Below, in pieces: positions 62,601 through 64,000 of a DNA stretch of 64,000 bases; the stretch's first letter is position 1; each line of letters begins with the position of its first letter. A program made the translations under genes and the position numbers. The notes under the pieces were generated by a model. It saw only the letters and a list, made by a program, of their open reading frames with translations, made no database searches and had not been told where the DNA came from. Source of the stretch: Azolla caroliniana (taxonomy: Eukaryota > Plantae > Polypodiophyta); the NCBI GenBank assembly GCA_043228905.1, contig JBHGNT010000016.1, positions 10,230,001 to 10,294,000 on the forward strand, in the 5' to 3' direction.

Positions 62601-64000
62601 AGATAACCGTTGAATTGACCAGAAAAGTACTCTTTCCCGCCATCTGACCGCAGGCACTTGATCTTTCGTCCCGTTTCCGTTTCCATGAACCCTTTGAGGT
62701 TCCGGAAACAGTTGAAGACTTCGCTCTTCCTCTCAATGAGGTAGATCCACGTGTGCCGTGTGTGGTCGTCGATGAAGGAGACGAAATATCGGCTCCCGCC
62801 AAGACTAACGTTTTGTGCCGGCCCCCATACATCGGAGTGTATAAGGTCGAGCTTGTTCCAGCTCTGGTTTCGCTCGTTGGGGAAAGGAAGTCGGTGTTGC
62901 TTCCCGAGCTGGTAGGCTTCACAAATTTGTGCCTTTCGGCCACTAAATTTGGGGAATCCGAACACTACCTATTTTGATTGCAGATCTTGAAGCCGCTGGT
63001 AGTTGACGTGGCCTATCCACTTGTGCCACAAGTCGATGTCCGACTCGGATTTTTGTCCCTTCGCGAACATTGCAGTGCCGCCATCAGTGGAGTTGAGGAT
63101 GAACATCCTCCCGTCTCTACGCCCTTGCACAATCACACGGCCTTCTTCCTCAATGAAGCACCCGAGGTGTGTAAACCGAACCTCCATCCCTTGGTCGACG
63201 ATCTGTCCGATCGAGACCAAGTTTTTCGTGATTGTCGGAACGTCCCTTTCTGCCCGACATGGCTAAGAGGAACTTCTCCGACATTCGCGATCGGATGCGG
63301 AGTGTCATCTCCAGTTGTGACTACTCCAGGTTGACTCAGTTTTTCAAGGTATGAGAACCACTCCTTATGGCTCATCATGTGGTTTGACGCGCCGGAGTCT
63401 ACGTACCACACCTCGTCCGATCTCGGGGTGCTCTGTTTCATTGAGTTTGCTTCGTGTCTCGTCACGAAGCCAGACCCTTCTCCGGCTCTCCCGGAGTCTT
63501 CGGCGTAGTGCGATCGTTGCCAATTTCCCTTGTTGGTATATCCGGAGCCGTTTCCAAAACCAGTTCTCTCCGAATCGGCGCGCTTCTTCCAGCACTCACT
63601 TTCCCTGTGGCCTTTCATGCCACAGTACCAGCACTCCGCGATGGCCTTCCCTTGCCGGTTCTCATCGCTTCGACTCCCTCTGTTTCCGAAGGGTCTGGAG
63701 TTGCTATCGGCATCACTTCGGTGCCTTCTTCCTTGATCTCGTCGGCCGCTTCCATTGCGTACCGACTCGTCTCGTCCGCCACGACCACGGGGCCTTTCTC
63801 CCTCCGTGTACAACATCTTGTTTTCGGTGCGCGTGCTCGTCTACGCACCTGCGTGGTTCTCCTCTACCAGGAGCATCGACTGTAAGTCGAAAAAGGACGG
63901 TGTATTCTCCTGGGTACACACAGCCGTTCGGAACGCTCCGAACTTCGACGCCAAACCTCCGAGATAGATCTGGACCATCTCGCTCTCCTCGATGTTCACC

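Larger units (their letters stand above)
47874..64000 (-). mobile_element. Ty1/Copia element C: partly deleted 3' LTR, RH, RT, INT, PR and gag; hosts Gypsy G; 5' end beyond the window
   Basis: LTR remnant 47874-48123; RH 48286-48927; RT LLYVDDLVI (49192-49800); INT split at 51322 and about 62598; PR WYVDSGASNHM; knuckle CWYCGMKGHRESEC. Confidence 0.9.

Overview
This is repeat-dominated plant nuclear DNA. It is probably from a non-seed plant such as a fern, inferred only from the TE lineages present. The only host gene is an intronless OVATE-family protein (21962-23902, +), sitting between two nests of decayed retroelements. Left nest: a truncated tRNA-Trp-primed Gypsy (1-2600) abuts a LINE (2601-20000, -). 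A Copia deletion derivative (4726-19020, TSD ATCCT) splits that LINE, and its 5' LTR carries a solo LTR and a full Athila-like Gypsy (8855-18808). Right nest, from 26658 to beyond the window end: Copia D > Copia E > Athila-like Gypsy F > Copia C > tandem three-LTR Athila-like Gypsy G. Copia E also holds a complete Trp-primed Gypsy H and a solo LTR. Most striking observation: none of the three Athila-like families has a polypurine tract before the 3' LTR. All carry a tRNA-Arg-like 3' half there instead (GTGGGTTCGA, a short covarying hairpin, then TCCCAC-GGGCGTGCCA) ending in CCA 2 nt before the LTR. It lies just downstream of a large conserved extra ORF ending ILEE(D/E)*. This suggests a PPT-independent, tRNA-based or tRNA-mimic-based plus-strand priming mechanism. 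All lineage and tRNA assignments come from motif recognition, not database searches.
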